Source: Octopus sinensis
Lineage: Eukaryota
NCBI RefSeq assembly: GCF_006345805.1
Contig: NC_042998.1
Coordinates: forward strand, 166,346,001 to 166,410,000
Direction: 5' to 3'
Length of the DNA: 64,000 nt
Shown piece after piece: positions 13,400-27,589 of the stretch. Each line of letters starts with the position of its first letter. Positions within the stretch are counted from its first letter, which is position 1. The position numbers were made by a program, and so were the translations under genes. A model generated the notes under the pieces. It ran no database searches. It was not told the origin of the DNA and was given only the letters and a program-made list of their open reading frames with translations.

Positions 13400-13585
13400 G
13401 AGAAGATACATTACAGAACTATTATTTTAACGAGTTATAACTATTTATCACTCTAAAAGAAATATTTACTCCGTTGGATGCTCCTGAACCCCACTCGTGA
13501 GGGATCGATGTAAGAGGGGTCGAAACAATTGTAGCGATTAATAATGATTCTCGTATCTTCCAGCTTCCGTCTTTCATTAACCATA
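13400..13585 (+). mobile_element. Penelope pLTR-like fragment with HHR lacking 4 core nt
   Basis: CTGA[TGAG missing]ACCCC...GGGGTC-GAAA-CAATTG-TA at 13484-13533; palindromic stem III; TA microsatellite follows. Confidence 0.6.
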
Positions 13586-13617
13586 TATATATATATATTA
13601 TATATGTGTATATATAT

Positions 13618-13651
<34 letters not shown>

Positions 13652-13671
13652 GATATATATATATATATATA

Positions 13672-13746
<75 letters not shown>

Positions 13747-13780
13747 TATAGTGTATATATGTTGTGTATATACACACATA

Positions 13781-13979
13781 CGAAGTGGGGCTGAAAAGTT
13801 CCTGGCTTTGGTAAGAAAAAATACAGGATGATCAGTTATGATTTTATTCAATTTATACACCTCTTAGATTCAGACTTATTGCAACGGTCCTTCAGTTTTT
13901 ATAAGCCTTATAAAAGATTAAGCCTCCAACCAGGTCTTTCGCGACACCTTAAGGCCAGGAACTTTTCAGCAGCTCTTCG
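13781..13979. mobile_element. mariner-derived MITE
   Basis: TIRs CGAAGTGGGGCTGAAAAGTTCCTGGC / GCCAGGAACTTTTCAGCAGCTCTTCG, TA on both sides; same family as 16203-16524. Confidence 0.85.
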
Positions 13980-14171
13980 TATATATATGCATGCATATAT
14001 GGTGTGTATGTATGTATATTCAAATCAGAACCTTTATTTGAAACTGAGTCTGCACGAGTCAATCCTCAGTAGATCTCGTTCCCGATCTGCAGGCCTTTGA
14101 TAAATGGAATCAGAAATTCCGAGTAGCGAGTCACATATAATATGCTATATTTCATTTTACATAAGAGTATT

Positions 14172-14584
14172 TATTTCTTTATTGTCCACAAGAAGCTAAA
14201 CATAAAAGGGACAAACAAGGACAGACAAACGGATTAAGTCGATTACATCGATCTGCGTGCGTAACTGGTACTTATTTAATCGACCTCAAAAGTATGAAAG
14301 GCAAAGTCGACCTCGGCGTAATTTGAACTCAGAACGTAGCGGCAGACGAAATACCTATTTCTTTACTACCCATAAGAGGTTAAACATAGTGAGGACAAAC
14401 AAGGACAGACAAACTGATTAAGTCAATTATATCGACCCTGTGCATAACTGGTACTTATTTAATCGACCCCGAAAAGATGAAAGGCAAAGTAACTTCGGCG
14501 GAATTTGAACTCAGGACGTAAAGACAGACGAAATGCCGCTAAGCATTTCGCCCGGCGTGCAAACGTTTCTGCCAGCTCGTCGCC
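14172..14584 (-). mobile_element. Dimeric SINE family A with 15-bp TSD
   Basis: TTACATAAGAGTATT at 14157-14171 and 14585-14599 brackets two body copies. Confidence 0.9.
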
Positions 14585-14685
14585 TTACATAAGAGTATTG
14601 AGTGCTTTTTCGGTTCATTGCAATTCCCACCGCGTAAAACCCATTAGTACACGCCTAATTCTCAGTAAATATGAGTGTGCAGCTG

Positions 14686-14716
<31 letters not shown>

Positions 14717-15083
14717 TATATATATATATATATTATATATATAGATATATGTTTTTATGTATGTATACGCTTAAAATGCTGCATATACGGTTAATGCACA
14801 TGTCGGCAAGAGCATTCTAATATCTTGGTGGGGATATATTTGATACCAGGAAACACAAGCACACTAAACTAGTAATTACATTTAGAATTCATTAAATATT
14901 TAATATTCAGCGAAAGTAATTACATATATTCAAATACCCTCAGCCTTCCCTGCTCGTTCGTTTAGGTACAAGAATACTTTGAAACACTTGTGTGCATGTA
15001 TATGCTCATAAAGGGAAAACAAAAAGACGCATACACACTTGTGCACACGCACACAATCACTTATATAACCCTTTACATACAGA

Positions 15084-15116
<33 letters not shown>

Positions 15117-15139
15117 CGACACACAACACAGATATGGTG

Positions 15140-15550
15140 GCCTTTAAATTTTGGTACAAGGCCAGTAATTTCGAGAATGGTGGTAAGTCGTTTGCATCGA
15201 CCCTAGTTTTCAACTGGTACTTATTTTATCGAAGGAATGAAAAGCAAAGTTGACCTCGACGGTATTTGAACTCATAACGTGAAGACGGGCGAAATGCCGC
15301 CAAGTATTTTGCCCGGGCGTGCTAACGATTCTGCCAGCTCACCGCCTTACACGAACACATGTATTTGTTTCGAATTTCGGTACGAAGCCAGCAATTTCGA
15401 GGGAAGGGGAAGATCAATTAAGGCGACCCTGTGTTTAACTGATGTTTATTTTATCGACCCTGAAAGGATGAAAAGCAAAATGAACCTCAGCGAATTTGAA
15501 CTTAGAAAGTAAGGACGGACGAAATGCCACTAAGAATTTTGCTCGGGTGT
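15140..15550 (-). mobile_element. Two tandem SINE family A copies
   Basis: Core motif at about 15215-15270 and 15445-15505. Confidence 0.8.
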
Positions 15551-15664
15551 GTGAATACTTTTGCTTTACACGTACACAGATATATTGATAAATATCAACG
15601 GTTCGTTGTCAGCTAGCAGTAGAATTTATAATAAACTATTCTAAAGACTATTTTTATAGCTTGT

Positions 15665-16030
15665 TCATCCATCTTATCCATCTTTTCCACCGATTATTCC
15701 CGAGAGGGTCGTGGGAGTTGTGTCGTCAGGCACCTCTTCCATAAAGTCCTATCAGAAGCAACCGTCATTACACTTTCCAGCTGGATTCCCAAGGGTGACC
15801 AGCCAAGACTAGGGATATGATCCAGTCACCTCGTTCTTGGCCTAACCCTGGATAGATCCTGCGACATTCAAATCACACGCTTGTTCTACCATGTGGCGAC
15901 CTTTCAATGCGGAGATGTTGCAGCTTGACCTGGAGAGACGTCCTAATCTCCGAGCTACTCATCATGTCGAATAACGTTCTTCCAGCGATCCTTTGGAGCC
16001 CATTCCTCACCCTGCCATTTCGACTGCTTG
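15665..16030 (-). mobile_element. RTE-clade (Expander/Rex3-like) LINE 3' remnant
   Basis: LQHLRIERS...HIPSLGWSPLGIQLESVMTVASDRTLWKRCLTTQLPRPSRE*, followed by a short AAGATGGAT repeat tail. Confidence 0.75.
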
Positions 16031-16202
16031 TATTAGTTGCTGATTTTAAACGATTTTTAAATGGGTTTTTAGATTTAAAACTTTGTATCTTAAAACAACA
16101 AATAATTTAATTTTTTAAAAGAAAAGATCTGGCAATCTTGTTAGAAAGATGAAAGAAATAACCTACGTGTTATGAGCTGCTGCTACGTTTCTAAGGAACA
16201 TA

Positions 16203-16524
16203 CGAGAAGGCGCTTAAAAGTTCCTGACTTTAAGGGTATCTCGAAAGGCCCGGTTGGATGCCCAATCTTCCGAGTTCTTGTACAGGGCTCAGAAAAACTG
16301 AGGGAATGCTGCAATAAGTATGTGAATTGGAGAAGGGGATATGTTGGATAAAATCATAATCCTCATGTATGTTCTTGTATGTTCTTTGTAAGCCTAATAC
16401 TTATTCTATCGTTCTTTTTGCCCAACTGCTATGTTGCAGGGGCATAAACACACCAACATCAGTTGTGAAGCGATGGTCCTGTATATTTTTTACCCGAAGC
16501 CAGGAACTTTTCAGCGCCCTCTTG
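16203..16524 (+). mobile_element. mariner internal-deletion derivative
   Basis: TIRs CGAGAAGGCGCTTAAAAGTTCCTG / CCAGGAACTTTTCAGCGCCCTCTTG with TA flanks; residual CCNKYVNWRRGYVG end. Confidence 0.8.
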
Positions 16525-16706
16525 TACTGCATATTCTGAAGGTTAGTGCCGATCGTATAGAGTATATTGAGGCAGACAGGTCATGTAATACATGTAATAC
16601 ACTGTATACCGTCCACTTTATTTATGTACCTCATTCTGCTCCATGCGCATGATCAGAATCATCCGAAGTGCAAACCAGCATAGTTTTTATGGCTGCGAAA
16701 GCTATT

Positions 16707-16771
<65 letters not shown>

Positions 16772-16860
16772 TTGTCAGATGCGAATACTTGAGATCGTGC
16801 TTTAAGGTGTTCATATAATAGTCTTTGGAAGTGGTCCTCATGTTTTTATCATGTCATAAA

Positions 16861-17250
16861 AGGCGTGGCTGTGTAGTAAGAAATTTGCTTCCTAACCACA
16901 TGGTTCCGGGTTCAGTCCCACTGCATGGCACCTTGGGCAATTGTCTTCTACTATAGCCTCGGGCCGACCAAAGCCTTGTGAGTGGATTTGGTAGACGGAA
17001 ACTGAAAGAAGCCCATCGCATATATATGTGTGTGTTTGTTTGTTTGTTTGTTCCCAACTATCGCTTGACAACCGGTGTTGGTGTGTTTACGTCCTCGTAA
17101 CTTTGCGATTCAGCAAAAGAGACTGATGGAATACACACCAGGTTAAAATAAAAATGAAATAAGTCCTGGAGCCAATTCATTCAAGTAAAAATTCTTCACG
17201 ATGGTGCCCCAGCATGGCTGCAGTCTCACGACCGAAATGAGTTAAAAAAG
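16861..17250 (+). mobile_element. SINE family B, full bipartite copy
   Basis: Head, CORE-like motif, TG microsatellite, tail ending CCAGCATGGCTGCAGTC. Confidence 0.85.
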
Positions 17251-18319
17251 TGAAATATTGAAATTGATTGTGATCTGAAAACATAGTTTAAAATCTAAGT
17301 TTAACGATGAATAAGTGAATCGGAATTCTTCCTATCCACGTATAAACTGTATTAGTTTGAGAAATTATAACATAGGAATATAGTTTAGTTATTTACTTTT
17401 GCTTTTTAATTATTGCGACATTAGCCAGAAAAAAACTTGTCAACGACGTGTAGAAAGAAACGTGTAAGCAGAAATTTTCCAGTTGAAACATGTCGTTGAC
17501 AGGCGAAAACTTGTATAATTAAAAATCAGTATTGAAATGAGACTGATTATTCTGTCCTTTATTGTATACTATTCGTTCCTTTGCCAAAAATGTCAAGTTG
17601 TCAAGTCCTACTTGATTATTGTGTTTATTAACGCAGAGTCAGTAACCTTTCAGCGAATAAATGCGAAGATATTTGAACTAGCTTAATAGTTATATTGATT
17701 ATGTATGAGGAGGAAATGTCGGAGACTAGTTTATATTGCAAATTAAGACTAGTTTATCATCGCGCCAATACGCTTTTGTCTTCTCTTCTATGTATGAACA
17801 TTCTGATAAATGTAAATATAGACGTATGCATTAACATCGAGTATCTATATTTATGGGTGTACAACTTCCAAAATGTGTCCTAGATGAAAATTCTGTTCAT
17901 CAGTTCAGCTACTGTATTTGCCTGTGCATAAGACACATATTGACATAAGAACAAAAGTATATTTTGTGGGGGGAAAAAGACTAAAACAGTTTTAATATAT
18001 TTCATCATGCGCTCATGCACTCGGTATCCAATCCATAATACAGTTAAATTTAACGAATGGCAACTTTTTTGTTACATTTAAGAATTAAAATAAAAATAAA
18101 AGACGCATCTTGCATACCGAGATCTATTGTATACTGGAAATGTTTTTTTTTTTCCATTTTTTCTCACTGTTTCTAAGTGGGGCACCTAATTCTACATGCT
18201 TCAATTCTTTCAAATGTTGGAATATTACGCACACACACACACACACACACACATACACGCGCGCACACTTATTCATATTAAAAAAATATATTCTCTTGGG
18301 AAAGCTCGATAATATTTAA

Positions 18320-19120
18320 GACTCATTGAATTCAAATTACTCCAAGGTCGTCTTTACCTTTCATCTTTTAGGGGTCGATAAAATAAATACCAGTTGAACA
18401 CTGGGATCGATGTAATATATTCCCTCACCCGAAATTGCTGGCCTTGAGCCAAAAATTGAAACCAATATTTAATACTCATTGATGAATATTTTGATACAAC
18501 ATTTGACTCGACCACATTAGTCTTATCATATTAGGTAACATTTCATGAGATGCCTTTTTCTCTTTGATAAACTAATAAACTCATTAAATACGGAAACCAG
18601 TTACAGAGTCGAAATACGAAGAATCAAATTGCATTTGAACCAATAATATCTTTACTACAGGCACAAGACCTGGAATTTTGAGGGAGGGGACTAGTTGATT
18701 ATATCGACCTCAGTGCTTGACTGGTGCTCATTTCATCGACTCCGAAAGGAAGAGAGGTGAAGTCAAAGTCAACGGAAATTGACCTCAGAACTTAAAGACG
18801 AACGAAATGCCGCAAAAGATTTTTGTTCGGCAAGTTAAAATCGCAGTACGCTGCCTTTATTGGAATCAAGAATATAGCTGACTAAAGTTAATATAAAGAA
18901 GCAAAAATTATAATTTCAAACTTTGCCGAGGTCGACTTTACCTTTATTACCTTCGCGGTCGATAAAATAAGTACGAGTTGGGCACTGAGTGGATTTTACA
19001 GATGGAAACCGAAAAAACTACTCCTGTGTGTGTGTGTGTATATGTATGTATATATATATTCACAATATATATATATATATTATATATATATATATATATA
19101 CATATATTCATATATATATA

Positions 19121-19152
<32 letters not shown>

Positions 19153-19194
19153 CTATTTCATATATATATATATATTATATATATACATATATTC

Positions 19195-19231
<37 letters not shown>

Positions 19232-19240
19232 CATATATTC

Positions 19241-19314
<74 letters not shown>

Positions 19315-19329
19315 ATATATATATAGTGT

Positions 19330-19374
<45 letters not shown>

Positions 19375-19565
19375 TGTGCATGAGTTTGTCTTTGTCCTTG
19401 GGTTTTCCCAACACCACCGCTTGAGAACCGGGGTTTGCTTGCGTTCCCGTAACTTAGCAATTCGGCAATAAAAGTACTAAGTCGATTTGTTCAACTCAAA
19501 CCTTCAAGGCGGTGCCCAAGCATGGCTGCAGTTTAGTAAGTGAAACAAGTTAAAAGATAAAAGAA
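18320..19565. repeat. Cluster of SINE A and B fragments around a ~350-bp (TA)n/(TG)n tract
   Basis: SINE A + about 18320-18475, - about 18650-18855, + about 18915-18988; SINE B tail 19380-19565. Confidence 0.75.
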
Positions 19566-20199
19566 CGATTATTAGCACCAACTTGAGAGAGAAAACACTA
19601 TCAGTCCCACGGTCGTGATTCGAAACATTTATCTAATACTTGTCGTGTCACCGCGTCTGCGGCTATCTATGGTCAAACTCGAAACTATAGATCTAATTTC
19701 CTCTATTTTTAACTTTGCTATTATAGTTTCAAAGGGTTATTCACCAATTAGTTATGTAGTATGTTTAACAGGACACGTTTTACTACATATGTGAAAAGAA
19801 ATTTAGTATATTATATATACTAATATACAAGATAGCAAGCTGCGTTATGTTTATTCAATAGTTGCAACGAAAATCAACCTTATAAAAACACATTAACAGC
19901 TAATATTTTCAAGCTAAAATAACTTTCAACGTTACAAATACCAATCTCGGAGTTCGTTCATTTCTCAAAAAGTACTTAAAACTAGTTTAAATCGCGTTGA
20001 TGAATGGAAATACAATAGCTGTTAGCTTTCTATAATAATTTGAGATATATATATATTCTAGTATTATACATTCTTATGACTGATGGAGTAAAATTTACAC
20101 TATAATCAAAATGACAACTATTCCACTATACCATTAAGATTGTTTTGTGACCTCGCATTTACATATTCACGGTGGGCATTTATTTATACTACGTCTTTT

Positions 20200-20560
20200 T
20201 TTAGAATCATTAGCACCGCGGGCGAAATGCTTGGTGGCGTTTCGTCTGTCTTTACGTTCTGAGTTCCAATTCTGCTGATGTCGATTTTGTCTTTCATCAT
20301 TTTTGGGGTGGAGGAAGTAAGTACCATTTGAGTACTGGGGTCGATGTAATCGACTAGACCCCTTCCCTCCAAATTTCCGGCCTTGTGTCATTAGTAGAGA
20401 GGATTATTATCCGTAAAGAGGCGAGCTGGCAGAATTGTTAGCACGCCTTTCATCCTTTCAGGGTGGATTGAAGTAAGTACCAGTTGAACACTGAGGTCGA
20501 TATAATCGAATTATCCCCCTTCCTCGAAATACTTGGTCTTGAGCCAAAATTTGAAATCAT
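20200..20560 (+). mobile_element. Two tandem SINE family A copies
   Basis: Core motifs at about 20260-20350 and 20450-20510. Confidence 0.8.
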
Positions 20561-21400
20561 TTTGTTCATCATGTACAAGTACGTGTGTATTCATCATTAT
20601 TTTATTTATTTTATTCAATTTTAGAAAAATTGAAGCATGTCTTCGACAATTCTGGAACGTGTTGAACTTATTTGTGTGTGACTTTTGGCCCACCCTGTGT
20701 AAGTAATGCTGTTTACAGTTAGCAATTTAACACTGTTTCTCATACAATTCTCATTGCTTCTGAATCTGAAAGTCATATATTAGGGTAAATAAGAATGGTT
20801 CCATAATTTGCCATGTTCATAGATTTAAATAATATTCCGTTCTCAAATTCATCAATCTCCTAAACACAAGATAACTATATAGTTATGCATCATGCATGTA
20901 GCTCAACTTGCATATATTTACATATGTATTGAAAATTATAAATGGCACACACAAACAAATCTGCATAAGTACTAATACATACATACATGCAGACAGACAT
21001 ACATACATCCTTTTATTAAAGCTACAAAATCTTTACAAATTGTTACTGAGAGTTTCACGTTCTCGTTCACCGGGTAGTTATAATCACAACTATCCGATGA
21101 ACGGTAACTTGAAACTTTAAGTAACAGTTTGTGACGATTTTTGCAGCTTTAATAAAAGCATATTATTCTATCTTCGATATTCGAGTGCTATTCTTTTCCA
21201 CCTTGTTTTGCGTTTATGTGATTACTCGTGTGTACATATATATATACATATATATAGTTTACCGATACAATATAGGTAGAATCAAAAAAGAAAGTACACC
21301 ATCCACTGACAGAAAAATATATACGATTATATACATATATATATATACTTACATACATACATATATGTTTGTGTATATATAAATATATATATATATGTAT

Positions 21401-21433
<33 letters not shown>

Positions 21434-21975
21434 CGTATACGTGCATACATACATATGGACACACATGTTCATGTACACATCACACTCAAACACGTGTGTC
21501 TGCTTGTCTATGTTGTGTCTATCTCTGTGTGTGTTAGTGTGTCTATTTGAAAGAGCATGTGTGTTTGAATTTAGCTAAGTATGATTTCTAAGTAAAATCA
21601 ACAAGTGTACCATTTTAAAAATTTATCAGAACTAGGTTACTCGTATGTAGGTCAACTTCTCCACAGAAACATATTCAGTTGTTTTGGAACGGATTTTTTT
21701 TCTTTCTCACCGGAAGTAATTTTTTTCTATATAAAAAGGCCGCCATTTCCTCTATATATGACACGATATCCTTCCGGTAATTATGCTAATTAGGGGTGAA
21801 ATCGATCTTATGAAAGTGGCAATGGCTGACAGTTATAATTCATAAAGTTTATTCCTAAAGTATTTTATAAACAATGTGTGCTACCCTCCTCACACATAGT
21901 CACTTATATGTGTGTATGTATGTGTGTTGTGTGTTGTGTGCGTGTTTATATATGTATGTATATATATATGTATAT

Positions 21976-22036
<61 letters not shown>

Positions 22037-22299
22037 TATATATATACAGCATTTATAAATGTACATATATTTATGTTCGTATGTTCATGTGTATCCGTGT
22101 TGTCTGCGTGCATACATCTATATATGCATGTGTATGCGAATGGAATTATGTATTTTTGCCTTACATGAAACATCAACCCGCTCAAAAAACACACCCTTAT
22201 AGTAATATGTGTGTATACATATATATACATACACACACACAAACACACATACACACACACACACTCACACACACATATATATATATACACACACACACA

Positions 22300-22341
<42 letters not shown>

Positions 22342-22342
22342 C

Positions 22343-23385
22343 ATAGAGGTTGGATAACATAATGGAAGCCCCACATTTTATTTACCATTTGCAATATGGG
22401 AAATTCGGAACTATTCTAGTTTGCTTACACGTTTTAATATGCATTACATATATACCCTGTATTTCGTGATATAGCCCGCGGTATTTCTTTTTCTTCAGCA
22501 GATTTTTTCTATTAAATGAGTTAAAATGATTTACCTATCTGATTTCCAAAGACGTCAGATTGTTGGAGTACCCTTGTCTAGGATTTCAGGGATTAAAACT
22601 GATGAATTTGTTAATGCTTGTTGACAAACACAGAAATACAGATGCGTGCGCGAATACACACACAAACACGCACGCACATACACACATGCATTTGCATGTA
22701 AATAAGCGGGCATACATGCGCTCGTCCGCGTAAGCGTTAAAGCAATTTTGAGATTTACACACGTGCAACACACACAAAATTATGTTGGCATTCCAAAACA
22801 ATGTGAAACCAGCTCTGAAAACCACGACCGCCGAACAGTGAAACGTATTGTGTTTAAAAACCCTAGAACCACGAGATCAAAAGTGATTTTAGAGCAAACC
22901 TCACCAATAGTCCATCAAAAACCTTCGTGTTGAACTCCATAAAGCTGGATACTATGGGAAGGCTGCAATTGCTAAACCTCTCTTGTCCCCCGTCAACACT
23001 GAAAAGCGAGAAAAGGGTGTCTAGCACCTAGACTATCTATCAGAAGTAGTCACTGGCTCAATGGAACAATATAATATTCACTGATGAATCATCATAACCG
23101 TTTTTCTCATGTCAGGAAAACTATGCGTAGAGACATCCCCAGGAAAACTTCAACCCTGATTTCTTGGTTCATATTATGAAGATTGGAAGTGGCTCTGTGA
23201 TGATTTTGGCAGCCATATCACAGAATTGCCTTTGCTCTTTAGATGTTATATACAACAAAGTTAACTTCAATGATTAACTGAGTATTTTAGTGAATCATGT
23301 TCATTCTATGGTACATATATTTTTTTTCTGATGGTAGCGTAATCTTCCATGACGATAGTGTGTCACTTCACATGGCTAATGTTAT
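22343..23385 (+). mobile_element. Tc1-like transposon remnant
   Basis: TIR-like GAGGTTGGATAACATAATGGAA; KRIVFKNPRTT, LHKAGYYGKAAIAKPLL, IIFTDES, GSGSVMI, FHDDS motifs across frameshifts. Confidence 0.85.
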
Positions 23386-24074
23386 TCAACTGAAATTCTA
23401 TATACATATTCGTGTATATGCGTGTTCGTGTGTGTATGTGTGTGAATGTTTCTGTGAGTTTATATGCTTATATGTGTGTACTTACGTGTGTATATTTACT
23501 TATGTTTATAAATGCGCACAGAAGAGGGGAAACCCTAGAAAACTGTGGTGTTTGTAGTCTCTAGTTATCCTGCATTTGATGGCTGTATTTACGCTTGTCG
23601 CTAGTAAAATTTGATGTAGATTCACATTTCCCTTCCAAAATAAATCAAGGCACATACAGATGGCAAAATGTTCGTTGCGTCGAGTAGGATAACGCCCAGC
23701 AGTGATTCAAAATGGCGTCACTTTCGTAGATTCTGTACGGGACACAGTAGTCGTGATCATTTGCTTATCCGCATAGTCCGTCCTGTGTTGAAGCACCATC
23801 AGTATCTAGAAGGTGGAGTTTTGGATTGGTCATGCTTGCTGTATGCCTTCGTCATCATGACAGAGAGGTATTATATCTTAGAAAGAAGGTAGTGCAAATG
23901 TACGATGACTATGTGTGTGTGTGCGTGTATGTGTGTGTGTGTGCGTGTTTGTGTGTGTGTATGTGTAAATGTGGTGTGTTTTTTGTTTACTGTTAAATAA
24001 GTGAAGTAAGTTTTAGATTGGGAACGAGATCGCATTGCTTGATTAAAAGCAATCGAATAAAAATATTGCTCTCA

Positions 24075-24640
24075 AAGTTCAGCAATTTTGTGGTAGAAGG
24101 TTAGTCGATTGCACCCGCCCAAGTACTCAGCTAGTACTTATTTCATCGACCCGACCTTGAAAGGATGAAAAGCAAAGTCAACCCTAACTGGTCCTAGGGT
24201 TGCTGGCGCGCCGGGCATGCTGAACTTCGGTGCCCTTACAAATATAATTTTTTTAAATTTTCATAAGGCGAAAAACTGAAAATGTAAACTAAAAAGCACA
24301 TGGCGCCCCGGGCGACTGTCCCCGAGTTGTCGGTACCTTGAGCCAGCCCTGCTGGCAAGATTTGAACTCAGAAGACAAAGTCGGAAGAATTGCTGCTAAG
24401 TATTCTGTCCGGTACAATAACGATTCTGAATAGGAAAATTAGCTTCAAATTTTGGCACGAGGCCAGCAAATTTGAGGGAGGGATAAAGTCGATTATATCG
24501 GCATCAGAGTTCTACTTGTACATATTTTATCAACTCCGAAAAGATGGAAATCAAAGTCGACCTCGGCAGGATTTGAACTCAGAACGTAAAGTTGGAAGAA
24601 ATACCGCTAAGTATTTTGTATGGCACGATAACGATTCTGA
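24075..24640 (-). mobile_element. Two SINE family A copies, first interrupted by a MITE
   Basis: SINE core resumes at 24351 after the insert. Confidence 0.75.
24195..24350. mobile_element. hAT-like MITE nested in a SINE
   Basis: Ends TAGGGTTGCTGG / CCAGCCCTG, GC-rich subtermini, AT-rich centre; TSD only partly preserved. Confidence 0.55.
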
Positions 24641-24844
24641 GTAAAAACATAACTATGAGTTTCTAATTGAGCGACTAATAGGAGAGGTCTGCTGGACATG
24701 AAAGCATGAAAGCCATTTTTTATGCAAAATCTGAAACAAATTTTTTTGTAATCTTTCTTGTAATCGATAAAAAAAATATTCGATGTAAATTGGATTAATA
24801 AATTTATTTATTGCTTAAGAAAGAATCAAGCATGTGCAACTCAT

Positions 24845-25490
24845 AACATACACACACACACGCGCGCGCGCACATACATGTATGCATACGCACAGACGTG
24901 CACGCGGACATACAAACGTACGCACACAAAAGCATTTTAAGAATCACTCATGTGCAAGATATGCACTCACATATACTCACGCACACAAATATACTCGTAC
25001 ACACTAGCAGCCAAACACATGTGCATACGCACGCATACACACGCGCACACGCGCGCGTGTATTCATGAACGCCCTTTAAGAATCGCACATATGCAACATA
25101 AACGCTTGCATTCGCACGTATTTGTGCATACTTACACACGCATGCACGCACACACGCGTGCATGCACACATGAACAATTATGCATTTGCAAGACACACCC
25201 AAATACGCACGCACATACATGCATACGCTCACTCACACATACACGCGCGCACATACATGCACACATACGCACACTCACACACGAAACGCGCGCACATATA
25301 CGCGTGCGTACCCTTAATGAAAGTACTGTTTAAGAATCACACGTGTGCAATAGAAACATGCACACACATACACATACACAAAAACGCACACATTCATGCA
25401 CGCATGCACACACATGCATGCATGCATAAGCACGTGCGCGCATAAACGCACTCGCACATATGTAAGACAGTCACACATAGACATCCGCAA
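24845..25490. repeat. Degenerate (CA/CG/TA) alternating purine-pyrimidine tract
   Basis: Directly visible; source of ORFs 24948-25445. Confidence 0.9.
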
Positions 25491-26049
25491 ACTTTATACC
25501 GGGACAGGATAGAAGTTGAGATATTAAACAAATAAACAAATAACAGAGGTTGGTGAGTACAGTATTTGACGGCTAGAGTAACACTCTTAGCGGAGGAAAT
25601 ACATACATAGAGAGAGTCTAGGAGTGAGAATGAGAGAGAGAGAGAGAGAAAAGAAAGAGAGAGAGACAGGGGAGAGTGTGTGTCAGAGAGAGTAAGGAGT
25701 TGAGCGTAGTGAGTAAAAGAGAACGAATAAAAAAGAGAGGTACGCTGGCGAATAAAGGCAAGGTTGCAGACGGAAGGTTATTAAGTGGGAGCGGAGGGAA
25801 AATACCTTGAAAACAGGTGAAAATAGCGGACAAAGTGGGGGAGAGGTGGTAAAAAGGAAAAGAAAAAAATACATGTTGAACCTTAAGGCTGTGTAGTTAT
25901 TAGGGCAGAGGTCAATAAGGGTAAGGTTGACTGGAACGTTTTGCTTAAAATTAAAATTAGTGACGCCGAATCGGGGCGGATCCTGAAGATTGTATGTTTC
26001 TAAATAATGTTTGCATGTTTGCTGTTGTAGTTGTATAAATATTATTATT

Positions 26050-27560
26050 ACTGTTTTCAGTTCCCTATGCCCTGAGTTCAAATCCCGTTGAGGTGAATTT
26101 TGCTTTTTATACATACTTCCGGAGGTGATAAAATAAAATACATTACTAGCCAATTACTGAAAGGCTGGGGACCGGGTGGGATTTGGTATAATCGATTGTT
26201 GCCTTTCTCTAAATTTAGAAAAATACTTTATGTCTGATTTCGACAGTGCTCCAGCATGGCCGCAGTTTAATGGCTGAAACAAGTTAAAGAAAAAATTATT
26301 TAAGCGTTAAATAAAAAGCTTTGTGGTATTTGATCCAGTTCTTTGCATTCTGAGTTCAAATTTGACAGAAGTTAACTTCGAAAACGTGAAGTACCAGTCA
26401 AGAAACAATGTAATTATCTAACCCATCTGCTCGAATTTACTTGCCTTTTGCCTAAATTAGAAACGCTGTTTACAGGACAGTAAACTGGCGGAATCGTTAG
26501 AGAGCCAGTGAAACTGCTTTGTGGGATTTATTCCTGCTTCTTATGATTTTAGTTCAAATCCAGCGTAGGGCCACTTCTCATTTCATCCTTTTAAGATCCA
26601 TAAAATAATGTAACAGTCTATGCCAGTGGTTTCCAAACTGGGGCCCGCATACCTCTGGTGGTCTGCAAAGGTAGTATTGGGGGTTCTGTGAACTAAATTC
26701 AAAATTTCATATATATACACATACATAAGGATAAGCATATTAAAAGGGGTTCGTGGGAAAACTTATTTAAATAAAAGAGTTGCGAACTATTGTTGGGAAC
26801 CACTGTAAAAAGGTTGGGAACCACTGGCCTAAGCATAGGGTCATTGTTATCCATTAAGTCTATTCTTAAAAATTGCTGGTCTTGTACATAAATTGCAGTT
26901 TATTATAGGGCAACAAATAGGACGACCTGCCAGAATCGTTACCACGCCGGACAACATGTTTAACGGAGTCCCATCTTCACGTTTTGAGTTCAAATTCCTT
27001 TCGGTGCGGATATAAAACAAATACCAGTTGAGCATTGGAGGCGAAGTAATCGACTAACACTTCCACCTTGCGTCTAAATTAGAAACTACGATTAAAGGAC
27101 GACAAACTGGCAGAATTGTTAGGGCGCCCCTAAAACAGTCTTGCATTCTGAGTTTAAATCAGGCCGAGTTCAACTTCGCATTTGTTCCTTTCAGGGTCAA
27201 TAAAATAAGGTACCAGTCTATTTAACGGGCCGATGACATCGAATAACCCGTCCATTAAAACTACTGGTCTTGGCCTAAATTAACTATGATTATATGACGG
27301 CGAGCTAGCAGAATCGTTAGAGCGCCTGTAAAAGTATATTGTGGTACTTTTTCCTGCTCCTTATGAGTTCAAATCCCGCTGAGGACAACTTTGCATTTCA
27401 GCTTTTCACGGTCGATGAAATAAAGTTCCAGTCGAGGTACTAGGGCCGATGTTAACGACTAACGACTCTCGTCCTTCAATAATTACTGGTACTGTGCCTA
27501 AATTACAAACAATCATTATAGGAAGACGAGCGGGCAGAAAGATCAGTATACTGGTAAAAA
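26050..27560 (+). mobile_element. Head-to-tail array of about 6 diverged SINE family A units plus a partial unit
   Basis: GAGTTCAAAT/GAGTTTAAAT recurs at about 26073, 26352, 26552, 26984, 27150, 27365, each followed by the core. Confidence 0.8.
26624..26826. mobile_element. hAT (Charlie-type) MITE nested in SINE array
   Basis: TIRs CAGTGGTTTCCAAACT / GGTTGGGAACCACTG; 8-bp TSD GTCTATGC/GCCTAAGC (6/8); right end duplicated. Confidence 0.8.
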
Positions 27561-27589
27561 AAACTCTGCACACACGTAAATAACATCTT

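Noticed and set aside
26050-27560. CRISPR-like or satellite array
   Set aside because: Units are diverged ~200-bp SINE copies also found singly; eukaryotic context, no cas genes
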